The translations under genes and the position numbers were made by a program. Below the pieces are notes generated by a model, which made no database searches, was not told the origin of the DNA, and was given only the letters and a program-made list of their open reading frames with translations. This document shows positions 49,553 through 62,663 of a DNA stretch of 64,000 nt, one piece after another (within the stretch, counting starts at the first letter, position 1; each line of letters starts with the position of its first letter). The DNA is from Hydrolagus affinis (taxonomy: Eukaryota): positions 1-64,000 of the forward strand of contig JAAILG010000296.1 in the NCBI GenBank assembly GCA_012026655.1. Reading direction: 5' to 3'.

Positions 49553-52244
49553 CTGCAATAGATAGAAAAAAAACATGGTAAACAGTACTGTACCATAACT
49601 TACCAATAATATGGGTTGGTCACGTAACAATCTATCATTTTAACGTATCTAAAATTGTTTTGGGGTTTTCTTTGGGAAACAGGATTCCTCAGTTCAGTGG
49701 TGGCCAACCTTTTTGGTAGACCAGCCAAATAAGGTTTTCTTTATTGAATTTTTCTTCATATATGTCCTCTCTAGGCTGGCTCCCGCTCCGATTCCTTTCC
49801 TGTCATGCTCCGCTATTATGCCTGTCGTCTCATAATATAATTGAAAAGCTGTACATTTGAAGATAGCTGGGGTGGGGAACAATTGCCCCTTGTCTCCCCC
49901 TATTAACTCTGTCACTGGCTAGATCCACATGTTAATACTTTACTTCTACACTCCTTCCCCACCTAATAAAATGTGTGCAGTCACCTGTTTGTTCATTACA
50001 TTCTAACCCCCAAAAATTGCCTTTTTCCTTGTAAGCGCTCTGGGACGCTACCCTGCATGAGGGGAGATGTATAAATGCAAGTTCTTGTTGTTGAGATGTT
50101 ACCCTTTGGGAAAGGCATAATATAAATACAAGTTCTTGCTGTTGTTGTTTCATACTTCATTGATATTTATGTAACATTATTGTATTCAAAGAGGATGCTA
50201 CCTCCGCCTACAAAACACACAGTCACTACACTTTACAGAGTATTCTGTGACATACTCTGAGATATCACCCCGACGTGAAAGGTGCTATTTCAAATGTAAG
50301 GACATTACTATTATTACTTTTATTATTATGATGATTATTATTATTAGTTGTAGTATTAATATTAACCTAGTGAATCCCTTCCATTTTCCTATATTAGCCG
50401 CCCTATTATGGGCGGCTAATATAGGAAACCTTTGGAATTCCATCCTGCAATCCCTCCGCCTTGCCCCTTCCCTAGCCTCATTCAAGTCCCTCATTCAGAG
50501 ATTCCTCTTCGACTGTGCCATTGGTCACCCCCACTTCCCTCCCATTCCCTCCACCTTCCTCAATCCTGACCCCAGTCCAAAGCACTGACATGAAAGGCAC
50601 TAAACAAATGTAATTTTGTTGTTGTTCCCACCTTGCTCTGATGTCTAGCTCAATGGATGATTATCTGAAGTCTTCATTCAAATTCTAGACAGTGTATCAG
50701 CAGACATTTTTGACCATTGAAGGTACCATAACCAAGTCAGATCTTCTTGTCATCCAACAAATGCCGGTGCCACCCAGTAAAGTTTAATAAATACTAATCA
50801 GGAAGAAGTGGGGGGGGGGGAAACACTGGTCAATTTTCACACTCAATCGCCCATTTTTAGCAGCTCTGCTAGCACAGTGAGTGGGGGGAGGGGCAAGGCG
50901 GGGTAGGGGGAGACACACACGTAGTCAAATGATAAGGGAATCACAGGATGCAATGGGGAATCAATGTGAGTAATTTGAAGAAACTCTGACAAACCGAGCT
51001 CACTCCCACTCAAATGGTTTCAGTGTTTGTCGGAAAATGAGCCTTAGTTTACTGGGTATCCACGTAGAGAAACAAGCCTTAAAATACAGTACAGTACTAA
51101 TGAAACTGAGGCTTCCTGACACCACTTTGCTTTTCAGCTAGCGCTTTATTTGCTTCAAAACAAGGGGATGTGTTCTGAAACATTCGACCTAGGACGGTTA
51201 GAGGTGAGATCAGAAAAACATTTCTTCACGCTTAGACCCAGGTTTGGTTCCCCAGCGGGGAAAACCCTTAGGCAAGTTTCCTTCTTCTATGCACTTCTGT
51301 TAACCTAGCAGTAAGTAGGAACCCGGTTGTTGGTTGATTGGTGGATCGCTTTTTGGGGATAATAATCCCTCGAAAAACATTTGGTTACTCAATCCATGCC
51401 TGTTTGTGGGCAATTGGCTGTTGAGTTTTGCCCATAAAATATATGCCTTACAATATATTCTGTGAAGCACTTTGAGACGTCTCAACAACATGATAAGGCA
51501 CTATATCAAATTCAAGGATTATTAATATTAGAGAATTGTAAAAATATGGACTGGACTGCCCCAGAAGACCGTAGAAGCAGAATTAATGTGGATGTTTAAA
51601 ATGGAGATAGGTAGATACTGTACTTGAGAAGTAAACACATTAAAGGGCAAGAAGAAAAGGCAGCAAAATTAGATGACTTGATCTAATAAACTAATAGAAT
51701 AGGTTTAACTGTTACTGTATCACAGTAATAATAATCCTTGCTTTTGGTATAGTGCCTGTTCCATCAAAACATCTCAAAGATCCTCCAGTTATCCCCATTA
51801 ACCACAACAACTTGCATTTGTAATAGCAGCCTTCACACAGGGCAGGGTCTCAAAGCGCTCCCACATTACAGATTACGGATTATCAGATTACAGATACAGA
51901 TTGTCTATCTGTATAATGTTACATTTTACAAACACAAACAGATTGGAGCATGAAATAAAATAATTCTTGCATTTAATATATATTTGACACATGGTCTACA
52001 AAACTTAATCACCCTTAAAGCAAATATTTCTCGAAAATTTATAGCGGTATCACTTGACCGAGTTTGAGTTACAAATCTATTTCAGTTTGAACAACAACAA
52101 CAACAAATTTTCATTCATCTTGCACCCTTCATCTTGCCGGCACAGACTAGATGGGCCGAATGGACTCCTTTTGTGCCATAAAATTCTATGATTCTATGAT
52201 TCTATGTGGATCCGTTGATAATAATAATCCTCACATTTGATATA

Positions 52245-52570
52245 TTGAGTCCTGTAGCTCAGTGGTTAGAGCACTCGCCTTACAAGTGGAAACCTGTGTT
52301 TCAAATCCAGGCAGGTCAGGGTGAAACCTTGGGCAAGTTTCCTTACTCCACATGCCTAATAATAATCCCTCAAAACCCCCCACTAATAATCAAAAAAATT
52401 GATCATTTCAATCCATGACTGTTTGTGGGACACTGCTGTTCGCAATTGGCTGCCACAATTCAACCACAAATAAATAGTCAATTCACTTTACAGTATATTT
52501 TGTGAAATGCTTTGAGACATCTAGAAGACATGGAAGGCACTATATCGAAAATGCAAGGATTATTATATCA
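52245..52570 (+). mobile_element. Full-length SINE (short variant) nested in the tail of an opposite-strand SINE
   Basis: TAGCTCAGTGGTTAGAGC head to CAAGGATTATTAT tail; flanks join to give ...CATTTGATATA/TCACCTTATCAC... Confidence 0.85.
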
Positions 52571-55500
52571 CCTTATCACATTGTTTGAAATGCCTCAAAG
52601 TGCTTCACAGCATTTTACCGTAAAGTATAGCGACTGTGTATTGCTAGGTGAACCCAGCAGTCAATTTACGCAGAGCAATGTCAATACAATAGCAATGAAG
52701 CAAACTTTCTAACAATAAAATGCTTATTAAAATATACTTTCTAACTAGAGACAAAAATATTCAGATTAAAACTGCTATCCTGTGAGGTGGTGCGACTGTG
52801 TGCATTTTGTGGGAAAATGCAGCAACCAATTTGCACACAGAAATGTCCCATAAACAACCATAGACCAGTTTTATGTGGGGAATTGTTGACCAGGACACAA
52901 AGAGAGAGAGAAACTCTGTTATCTTTTTGTGTATTGCCATGGGATCTTTAACATCTACCTGGACGTGCAGGTGGGATCTTGATTTAAAATACATCTTATC
53001 CAACGGATGGGACCTCTGACAATACAGCCCACGTCAAATGTGCAAGTTCCAAGTCCTGACGTGGGGCTTGAACCCACCAAATACTGACTCAAAGACAAGC
53101 ACTACCAACTGTACCGGGCTGGAGACAACCAGGATTTAGTTATTGACTTGCAATTACAATGACAGATTTGATATGTCAACTAAATCATCGTACGTGCCTT
53201 TTGAAGGTAAAGCAGCAAATCTACACATATTTAAAAACGCTGAACTATGCACACTTAAAGTAGTTGCTTTTGGCACGTTGCCAATAACCTTTGAGAAGCA
53301 TCCCATTATGCATAACATTTCCTGATAATAATCCTTGCATTTGATATAGTGCATTTCACATCTTCTAGATGTCTCAAAGTGCTTCACAGAATATACTGTA
53401 AAGTGAATTGACTGTATATTTGTGGGCAAAACGCGGCAGCCAATTGTGCACAGCTGTGTCCCCACAAACAGTCGTGGATTGAAATGACCAATTTTTTTTA
53501 TTATTGTGTTTTTTTCAGACGGATTATTATTAAAATGTTCATTTTCAAACAGAACCTTTGTGTTCAGAGCAGTGAAGTATTTCATCAAGTGGATGAGAAA
53601 GGTTTTCTTCCCTTCGTATCATCCCACCTGCCACCCTTGTCGGCATCCACCACAGCTTCATATGATAACAGCTTCATATTAACTCAATACCTTCAGTGAA
53701 TAGTCAATATTCATTGTGAAATCTTTTGCTTTACTAATTTAATTGCTTAAACGCACCAGTTGGCACTAGTTGGCTCCATTGTTGAGCCACAGAAAAATTC
53801 ATTGCCGCTTTACTAAGTATAAATCAAGCAATCTTCATTGCCGTTACACAAAATGTTGGAAATTGGTGTCTACTTTTTGGAATTTCTCGATGAAATTCCT
53901 TATTCCCTCATCATCAAAATTCAATCAATCAATCAAAATTACATTTATATAGCGCTTTTCACATTGGGAGGATGTCCCAAGGCACTGAACAGTCAGATAG
54001 GGACCAGAGCAGTGGGGGAGTGTTCGGGATAGGAGGAGGGAGACTAGGAAAATTGACTATATTTGTGGGCGAAACGTGGCAGCCAAATTGCGTACAACAG
54101 TTAAAAGTTTAAAATTCACCTCCTAAATACTGATTAGTTGGCTCCTCATCTTATTGCTGGCTGTGTCCCACAAGCTGGGGCAAATCAGTCTCCAAAATAA
54201 CATTCGGGTTACTTCTAACTGTTCCCATTCAGTGCTTTGAGACATGTCCTTTATGTGAAAGGCGCTGTTGTTATCTTTGCTTCCCATTCTACCACTAATT
54301 TTCCTTCCCAAAGTAAGAACTATTATTTGAAGTAAACATTAACTGTATGAAGGCAGTGGTTTGACTTAACAATATATATTGTCCCCACGAACACATATCA
54401 CCCTCTCCTCGGGTGTCCATCCAGCAAAGTTAAGTACTTTGAGACATCCTCCTGATGTGAAATGCCCTTTATAAAACCACGATGTATTGTGTTGCTCCAG
54501 TGTAGAGATGCATGTCAGAATTATTGTTGAATTGTTATTATAATTTGTAAACAGTGCCCGATCCTGTCAAAATACTCTAAAGTGCTTCCTAATAATTATT
54601 GGCAAGAGCAGCACTGACGTTTATTCAGATAAAAGTGACCACTGGTTTACACACAGATACAATGCACTGAGAGGTATCCATACACCTCTCCCCCAGCACT
54701 GCAAAGGAACGTCAGACTGCACTATGTGGAGCTTGCAAGAAACGCAAATGCTACTAATTGAGTTTGGTTGAAATCTAACACAGGGAACCATCTAATTAAA
54801 AGACAATATAAAGAAAATAGACAGGGGCATCGATGAGACAATTAAAAAAATAGACAAAAAGTACTAACGAATGGCAGGGAGACTGCATGGTTTACCAGGT
54901 CCCCAGATTTCAATCGCTAGATCTGCTGGGAGTGATATAGCTTGGTACTAGCATTGCTACCCATTGCAAATAACTTTGTTTTTAAGATATCACATACATA
55001 CAATACAATTTAAAATACAATTTACATTCATGCAGCGCCTTTCATATTGGGAGCATGTCTCAAAGCGCTTAATTGTTAGGTTTTCATTGGGCTCACACTT
55101 ATTGCTTCCTCACTACCGCACCACCGTACTCTATTCAATTAAACGCTGAGATTTCATGAAATGCACTAGAGAATAATGATACAAGTCAACGTTACTGGAT
55201 TGCGACTGGAGGTGTGCAACTGTAGTGACATTGATTCTTACCTGAAACTCTCTCCTGGAGGTGGCTTCATAACTAGTTCCAGATAAAATCATTGTCATTT
55301 TCTCTCTCACACAAGCTGCACTACACTTTTAGTGTCAATTCAACTCAGAAACTGCATCAAAGAGGTATAAACTATGTAGGATGACTGCAGTGTAAATAAA
55401 TAATAATATATGTATTCTCAGTGGGAAGGGGGCAGAAAGTACAAAGAGTCTGTTATATTTGTGATCCGGTTCTTTTGTAACGAGGACAATTATTGACAGT

Positions 55501-56347
55501 GACACAAAGTGGTCACTCGCCAAACAGGTATAGCTTTTGCCTTACGATAATTGCCTTAAAATTTAAGATAATAATAATAATTCTTGCATTTGATATAGAA
55601 CCTGATATAGAGACGTCTCAAAGCGCTTCACAGAATATACTGTAAAGGTGAATTACAGTGTATTGTAATACTGTAATATAGTATATCGTATATTTTGTGG
55701 GCAAAATGTGGCAACGAATTCTTGAAACAATCAATCAATTCATAATTAATAAATGAATGAATATAAATAATTGTACAGTAATGCGAGGCTGGGGAATTCT
55801 TCAATTCAGTCTTAATTTTGGAACCAGTTCTTATAAAAGTCTTTATGTGGAGATTGGCTTTCTGCCGTTCTTAAAAAGAACCATTTTTAAAATTAAGACT
55901 TAGTTCAAGAACGTTGCCAAATTTAGCAAAATCTTACATTTTAGGTGATGCAAATTATTCTCGGGAATAAGAAACTTCTCCAAATAATCCCTCCACCACC
56001 CCTACCTCCTCAATTTCCCCTACTTCTAAAATATATCTTCAATCTGTTAAAACATCAATTCAAACAAAATGTATTCCCAAACAAATGTACAGCTGATCTC
56101 TGAACAACATGAACTTGAACTTATATAGGGCCCTTAACGTGGGGTAGGGTCTCACAACACTTACTCTAAAAGGTTTTTGGCTCTATCAGAAACAAATATT
56201 TATAGAATAATAGAATCATAAAATCCTACAGCACAAAAGGAGGTCATTCGGTCCACCATGCCTGTCACCTCTTCCAATTAGTCCCACTCCCTCATTCTTT
56301 TCCCACAGCTATAACGGTAACAAGGTAGAGATTTTCACAACACTGAC

Positions 56348-56384
56348 CTCTTCCGAAAATGGTGGGGGCATCGCCTCCGACGAT
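56348..56384 (-). CDS. CD8B: CD8B cytoplasmic exon, NRRRRCPHHFRK(R), with CxH motif
   Basis: Acceptor TGACTTTCCTTTCTAG (AG 56386-56385), donor GTCAGT at 56347; 37 bp, phase 1 to 2; paralogous to the CD8A exon at 26685-26724. Confidence 0.9.
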
Positions 56385-57202
56385 CTAGAAAGGAAAGTCA
56401 AACATTGCTCTTGTTAGAAACGTAGCAATCTCAGCACCGCACAGGCTGCTGGCCTCACCACAGCTATTTACGAGACAACACAAATGCGAGGGGTTTCAAA
56501 AGAGTAATTATGGGGAAACTGTTACCATCGGCGGGCGGGCGGGCGGGTCAGTAACCAGAGGTCACAGGTTCAAGATAATTGGCAAAAGAACCCAGCGAGT
56601 GGTTACGAGCTGGAATACACTCCTTGAAAGGGTGTTGTTGTTGTTGTTGAAAGGGTGGTGGAAGCCGATTCAATCATAACTTTCAAAAGGGAATGGAATT
56701 TTTTTTTATGGGCTATGGGGAAAGGGTGGGGGAGTGGGATTAGTTGGTAGCTCTTTCAAAGAGCAGGCACAATGCATGATTCTATGATTCTATGAGTTTA
56801 GGCGTACAGCGGCTTTCATATCAAGAAGACATCTTAAAGTACCTAACAGTGCTGAATAGGCTGAGAGTGGGAAAATCTATTCTAACTCCAAAGCTATTTA
56901 GAGTGAATGAATAGGATAAATAAATGCAATGGGTTACAAATTCACATTGCTTTTATCAGCGAATTAAAATGAAGGTTAACAGTCAAAGCTATGATCTATA
57001 GCGATTTATAGGACTTAACACTAAATGAGGGAGATAGGAGATAGGGATAAGAGAGAAAGGATTACGTGGACGAGTTGGGCTGAATAGCCTGTTTCTGGGC
57101 TGTTACGTTCGAATCAATTCTGAGCATACAAAACAACAACAAAATTACGTTTGTATAGTGCCTTTCACGCCGGGAGGACGTCCCAAGAGTACATTAACTT
57201 AC

Positions 57203-57298
57203 TTCTATGTCGATAGATGACAACGGTAGTAATGGAAATCAGCAACAAGACAATGACCATGAGGAGTGAGCCCCAGACCATCCAGCCACAGCTGAGCT
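57203..57298 (-). CDS. CD8B: CD8B transmembrane exon, KLSCGWMVWGSLLMVIVLLLISITTVVIYRHR
   Basis: AG 57300-57299, GTAAGT at 57202; 96 bp, phase 1-1; membrane-proximal Cys plus hydrophobic helix. Confidence 0.9.
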
Positions 57299-57397
57299 CT
57301 GAAATAATAATAATAATAATAATAATAAATAGATAATAATCATTTTTTAGGAAGCTCAAATATATTAAAGAAATGTAACATCCATTCTTAGTCCTGT

Positions 57398-57700
57398 GGA
57401 GTTCTATAGCTCAGTGGTTAGAGTGGTCACTGGGTTCGATTCCAGGCAGGGCGAAACCTTGGGCAAGTTTCCGTACTCCAGATACTTATGCCTGATACTA
57501 ATCCCTCAAATAAAAGCAATAATAACATTTGTAATTTCAATCCCGGACTGTTTGTGGGACACCGCTGTGTGCAATTGACTGCTGCATTTTGCCCACAAGT
57601 ATAGAGTAAATTCACGTTATACTATATTCTGTGAAGCGCTTTGAGATGTCTAGAAGACGTGATAAGACGTGATTAACTGCAAGGATTATTATTATGATTA
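57398..57700 (+). mobile_element. SINE, short variant, about 100 bp from the CD8B TM exon
   Basis: TAGCTCAGTGGTTAGAG head, GGTTCGATTCC Box B, (ATT)n tail. Confidence 0.8.
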
Positions 57701-58279
57701 TTATGATTATTATGATGATAGGTAAAGTGGTAGTGTTATTGGTCTGGCTGACCATTACTGAAAACCATTTAGAAATTATCTCTGCAGATTCATTTAAACT
57801 GAAATAACATAATAAGAATAGTAATAATCTTTACATATAGTACAGCCCTTTTCCTGTCAAGAAGATGTCTCTAAATTGCTTCACAGGAATGACTATAAAT
57901 TGTAGTGACTGCGTATTTTGTGGTAAATCAAGATAGCCGGTTTGCACACAGCAATGTCTGCCAAACAGCCATGAATTGAGTGACCACTTTTATTTTGTGA
58001 ATTGTTAGCCAGGACACCGGGAAGGAAAAACTCTCTTTTGGAATTGTTCAATGAGATCTGTAATGTCCACCTGAACAGGCAGATCGGACCTGGGTTCAAT
58101 GTCTCATCCAAACGACAGTACCTCCGACAACGCAGCACTCCCCCACTAAAGTGTCAGATTAGCCTGTGTGATTCCAAATCCTATCGTGGGGTTTGAACCC
58201 CGCAATTGTTTGGCTCATAGGCGAGAGCGCTACCAACTGAGTCAGGCTGACATGCAATAAACAAATCCTGTGCGTTATA

Positions 58280-58379
58280 NNNNNNNNNNNNNNNNNNNNN
58301 NNNNNNNNNNNNNNNNNNNNNNNNNNNNNNNNNNNNNNNNNNNNNNNNNNNNNNNNNNNNNNNNNNNNNNNNNNNNNNN
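58280..58379. other. Assembly gap (100 N)
   Basis: Run of N. Confidence 1.
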
Positions 58380-58428
58380 ATGGATGGATGGATGGATGGA
58401 TGGATGGATGGATGGATGGATGGATGGA
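58380..58428. repeat. (ATGG)n microsatellite abutting the gap
   Basis: Directly visible. Confidence 0.95.
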
Positions 58429-59210
58429 TTGAGGGAGAGTGTTCCAGAATTTGGGGGCACAACCTCCGGTGGTGGGGCGGAGGGTGCAAGGGATGAGCAG
58501 GAGGCCAATGCCAGTTGAGCTGAAGTTCCAGATGGTGGATTGGGGGAGTGCAGAGGTCGGACAGGCAGGGAGGTGCCGGGGAGTGAGTACATTTGAACAC
58601 AAAAATGATCTGAATTATTGATTTGAACACAAGGCTTTGTACAGTAGACCATAGTCCACTTTCTAAAGAGCTGTGGTATTCAACATTTTAGTATAGGACT
58701 AGCACTCCTATTTGGGGAACACAGCAACAGTATGTAACCGACCAATACAGCCTGGAACTGTTTATATCAGAGCTCTCAATCATTTCTTGACTGGTTGTGG
58801 GACAGTGCTATGTGCAATTGGCTGTCACGTGTGCCCACAAAATATTCAGTGAATTCACTTTACAGTATATTCCGTGAAGCGCTTTGAGATATTTTGAAGT
58901 CACGATGAAGCGCTATATCAAATACAAGGAGTGTAATATATATATATATTATTTGCCCGTCACAGCTACAAAAAAATCTTGCCTTTTCCCTACATCTGTT
59001 ACTGAGAAAAATGTTATTGAGGATCTGTTACTGTACAAAATTCTACAGCTAATGTTTAGTCTCAACCAATTTGAAGCACAATTCTTTTTCAATTGAAAGC
59101 ACTTCATCCTAAACACATTAGATGCACATGACCGACTTTCCAAACTGATCAATCCCCTTTGCAAGAACACCCTCCACTCAGTCACTCGGAGTTCAAAGGA
59201 TCATAGGAAT

Positions 59211-59285
59211 CCCTTGTAAAAAAGTACCATGGTAAAGGTGGTAGTGGTACTACCACCATTACCATGGTACTTTTTTTTGCAAGGG
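59211..59285. mobile_element. 75 bp palindromic non-autonomous DNA transposon, probably EnSpm/CACTA-like
   Basis: CCCTTGTAAAAAAGTACCATGGTAA...TTACCATGGTACTTTTTTTTGCAAGGG flanked by AT on both sides, inside a CR1-type tail. Confidence 0.6.
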
Positions 59286-61353
59286 ATTGCAAGATGCAAG
59301 GAGACCAAGGTCTATCCAGTTCGTCTTCCACCATCCTGGCAATCACACGCACATGTCATGTCTCAAACTGTATACATTACTGTATCCTGAGATATCATTA
59401 TATCCTAACAGAAACCTATCTCATTTGCTTTTGAAAGAATCAAGACTTTCTGCTTCCACTGTTTCTTTACGACGCCTGTTCCGTAGATTTACTACTCGCT
59501 CACTGAAATAACGTTCGCGTCAAAACAAAAGAACAAAAATTGCCCTTTCATTGTGCGAGGAATGAGTCGGAGGTACAATAACATGTCAATGAGTTTCACC
59601 TTTAAGTAGAAGCAACTGCAGTGCATTGCTGAGCAGTGGGGAAAGGTCAGGGATTGGAACAGTTACCGTGTGTAGAACTGCATTGCTTCAGCCAAACTGC
59701 TGAGATTATTCTTCAATGGGTTTGTTTGTTGATAAGGGAAACGTTTATGTGTATTTACGTTTCCCCCTCACCATCCGTTATCCGTGGGTTGTTTTACTCA
59801 AATCATATCCGCAAAAAGGTTGTTATATTTATATTTCAGAGAGACGCTCAGTATGTGTGTACTGGGTACAGATCCTTAGTGTCAGTGAGACTAATGGAGT
59901 TGCTGGTGCGATAGGGGCAAAGTTATTTGCCTACAAAATACAGTTATTCCACTTTACAGTATACATTGTATTTTGTGGAGGAAATTGCTGCCAAGAGACA
60001 GTGATTTGCAGGCAAAGGTCGCGATATAAATCGAAGTTGCTGTTGTTGTCAGTTTGCCCCAGTTGAGCCATGGAGTGAATGATGAATTTATTTGGCAGAG
60101 TTGGCTGGGACAATTAGGTGTAGATATAGAAATAATAATCCTTGCATTTGATATACAGTAATGCCTTATTATGTCATTAAGACATCTCACAGCACTTCAC
60201 AGGTAAAGTGTGACTGTGGGTCGAAACAAATCATCAAATGGGGCATTTAAAACCAGCAAATCACAACTTCCTTCTCTTACAAAGAGAACTAACAGCCTTA
60301 TGTGACTTCATTGCCGTCTCTCCGGATGGCGATTATTATTTGGACAAAACAAATGCTCAGTTTTTGATAAAAAAGAGCAAATGTTGAAGTAATATTGAAA
60401 TTATTATTTTTTAAATCCTCTTCCTGATGCTTTATAAAAGGCTGGAGAGTGTAGCATTAAAACAGAGTGATCTATCAAGGCATGGAATTAGCTGAAACAA
60501 GCTTGTTTAAAAGGACCAATTGAAAAAACATACAGGGGGCTAATTTATGTCTTTTTTTTATGTTGTAATCAAATCCTTTGCATAATTTCATATTGACTCT
60601 CAACGGCAGTAAACTCACTCCGAACCCGATTTGTGAACGATGATACGAACATATTCAAAATGTTCCTATTCCCATCCTTGGCATGTAAGTTTAACTTCAA
60701 AGAGAAGGCAGTACATTTTACTCAACCACTAATATAATAATAATAATTAATATTATTATAATAAATAGGACGACAAAATCTAACCTCCTGCAAAAAGTAT
60801 CTATTTTATGATGCTCAAATATCAGGTGAATCAGAAGTCCTTACTTTTTTCAAATTTAGTTTTACTTATTGATTCATATCATTTTTTAATTTCTTAGAGT
60901 GAGCAGCTATTACAGAAAATGGCTATCATTGCGTTCGTGAAAGTTTTTGTCACTGTGTTGATATGTGTAAACATGTACATGGCATGGAGTTTGAACCTCA
61001 CCGCCTAAGGACTTTTGATTCACCCTGTATATAAAGAAAAGTAACATAGGAACACAACTAGACAAAAAAAATCCATCTAATCCACCTTCTACCACCCTGG
61101 TAGTCTTGTGCTACAATAACAGAGATGTTGACAGCTATTAATTCTGTAAGGATTAGTGTACACACAATTGGGAGTCTTAGTATACTTCCAAGTATACCAC
61201 ACTTACTATATGTTATGTCTCAAATTACTCCAATGCTGAACAGATATTCATAGATTTAAACTGCAATAACATAATAATAATATTAATTATCCAGATCAGA
61301 ATCGTTCAATGCTGATGAGCCAGCCAAGCTGCTGTTGTTGCTGTTGCTGTTGC

Positions 61354-61391
<38 letters not shown>

Positions 61392-61559
61392 CAATGGTCG
61401 GGGGTAAAATGTACTGCCTCCTTCTTAGAGTTAAATGTGCACGTGAAGGAGAGGAATGGATTGGCTGGCTCACCAGCACTGAACAATCGAGCTTTGCTGG
61501 AGAATGAGGCATGGTATGGAGATGGCATTTACAAAGCCCAGTTTCCAAGCCAATCTTAC

Positions 61560-61649
61560 TTTTGGTTTTCTTGGGAATCTTGGGTTTCCTGGGGTAATAT
61601 CTGCGTCGAATTGTCGTAGGCGGTGAAGTCACTTTCTGTATCTCTGTAA
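61560..61649 (-). CDS. CD8B: CD8B stalk exon, VTEIQKVTSPPTTIRRRYYPRKPKIPKKTK
   Basis: AG 61651-61650, GTAAGA at 61559; 90 bp, phase 1-1; P/T then K/R-rich as in CD8beta stalks. Confidence 0.9.
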
Positions 61650-62663
61650 CTGAGATGAAACGGGACATTATTTTCTCCGAGGTCTGTTGCTTTGCTTTTA
61701 CGTAAATATTTTCTTCCTCTCGCAACCTCCTCCCACCACCACCCTTCAAAAATAAACTACCCATCTAACAACAAAAAAGAAAACTAGCACTTACAAAGCC
61801 ATCAATATGAAGCTAAGGACACCTGAGATATGAACGCTCTCTCGCCACCAGTATGAATGGCAAAAGTGAGTAAGTTATCGAAAGAATTCAATCGAACCTT
61901 GAAGCAAATGGTGGGGGTGACTGAACTGATAGAAATCAGCTGTAATAATCCCTTAAAAAATATATAATTATCATAATTTGCTCTCTCAATCCACAAGTGT
62001 TCGTGGGGTACTACGGTGAGCAAATGGCTGCGACGTTTCGTCCTTAAACTGTATGCAGTTAATTCACTTTAAAGTATATTCTGTGCAGCGCTTTGAGGCG
62101 TCTCAACGATGTGATAAGGCGCTGTATCAAATGCAAGGATTATCATTATCATGTAAGTCAAAGTGCATTGATTATCTGCATTGGGAAGTTTTTTTGTACA
62201 CATGGCACAACAAAGTTACTGAACCCACAGGCACCGCTGAATTTCACACCATTTCTTTAAGGCGATGTTTCTAGATGTTGCAGATGTTTCTAAAAGCGTA
62301 AAGTTAGTTGCATAAAATAATAATAGTAATAATCCTTCAATTTGATATAGCGCCTTACCAAGTCATCGAGATGTCTCAATTCGCTTCACAGGATACACTG
62401 CAAAGTGGTTTGACTTGTTTTGTGAAGTCAACGCATGTTCCTTGGATATGAATCTAACTCTCAGCATCTCCCCACCCAGTATATACACACACACACAAAT
62501 ACACGCACACTCAAACACACACACACAAACATATGCACAAATACACACACACACACTTGCCCTGGAATGGAGCTCAATGCCTGGTCTGAACCAGCGTAAG
62601 GATTTTCTCTTTTTGCTTTGTTAACTTTGAAAGCTTTGCAATGTGACGAGAGAGGCCACTAAC

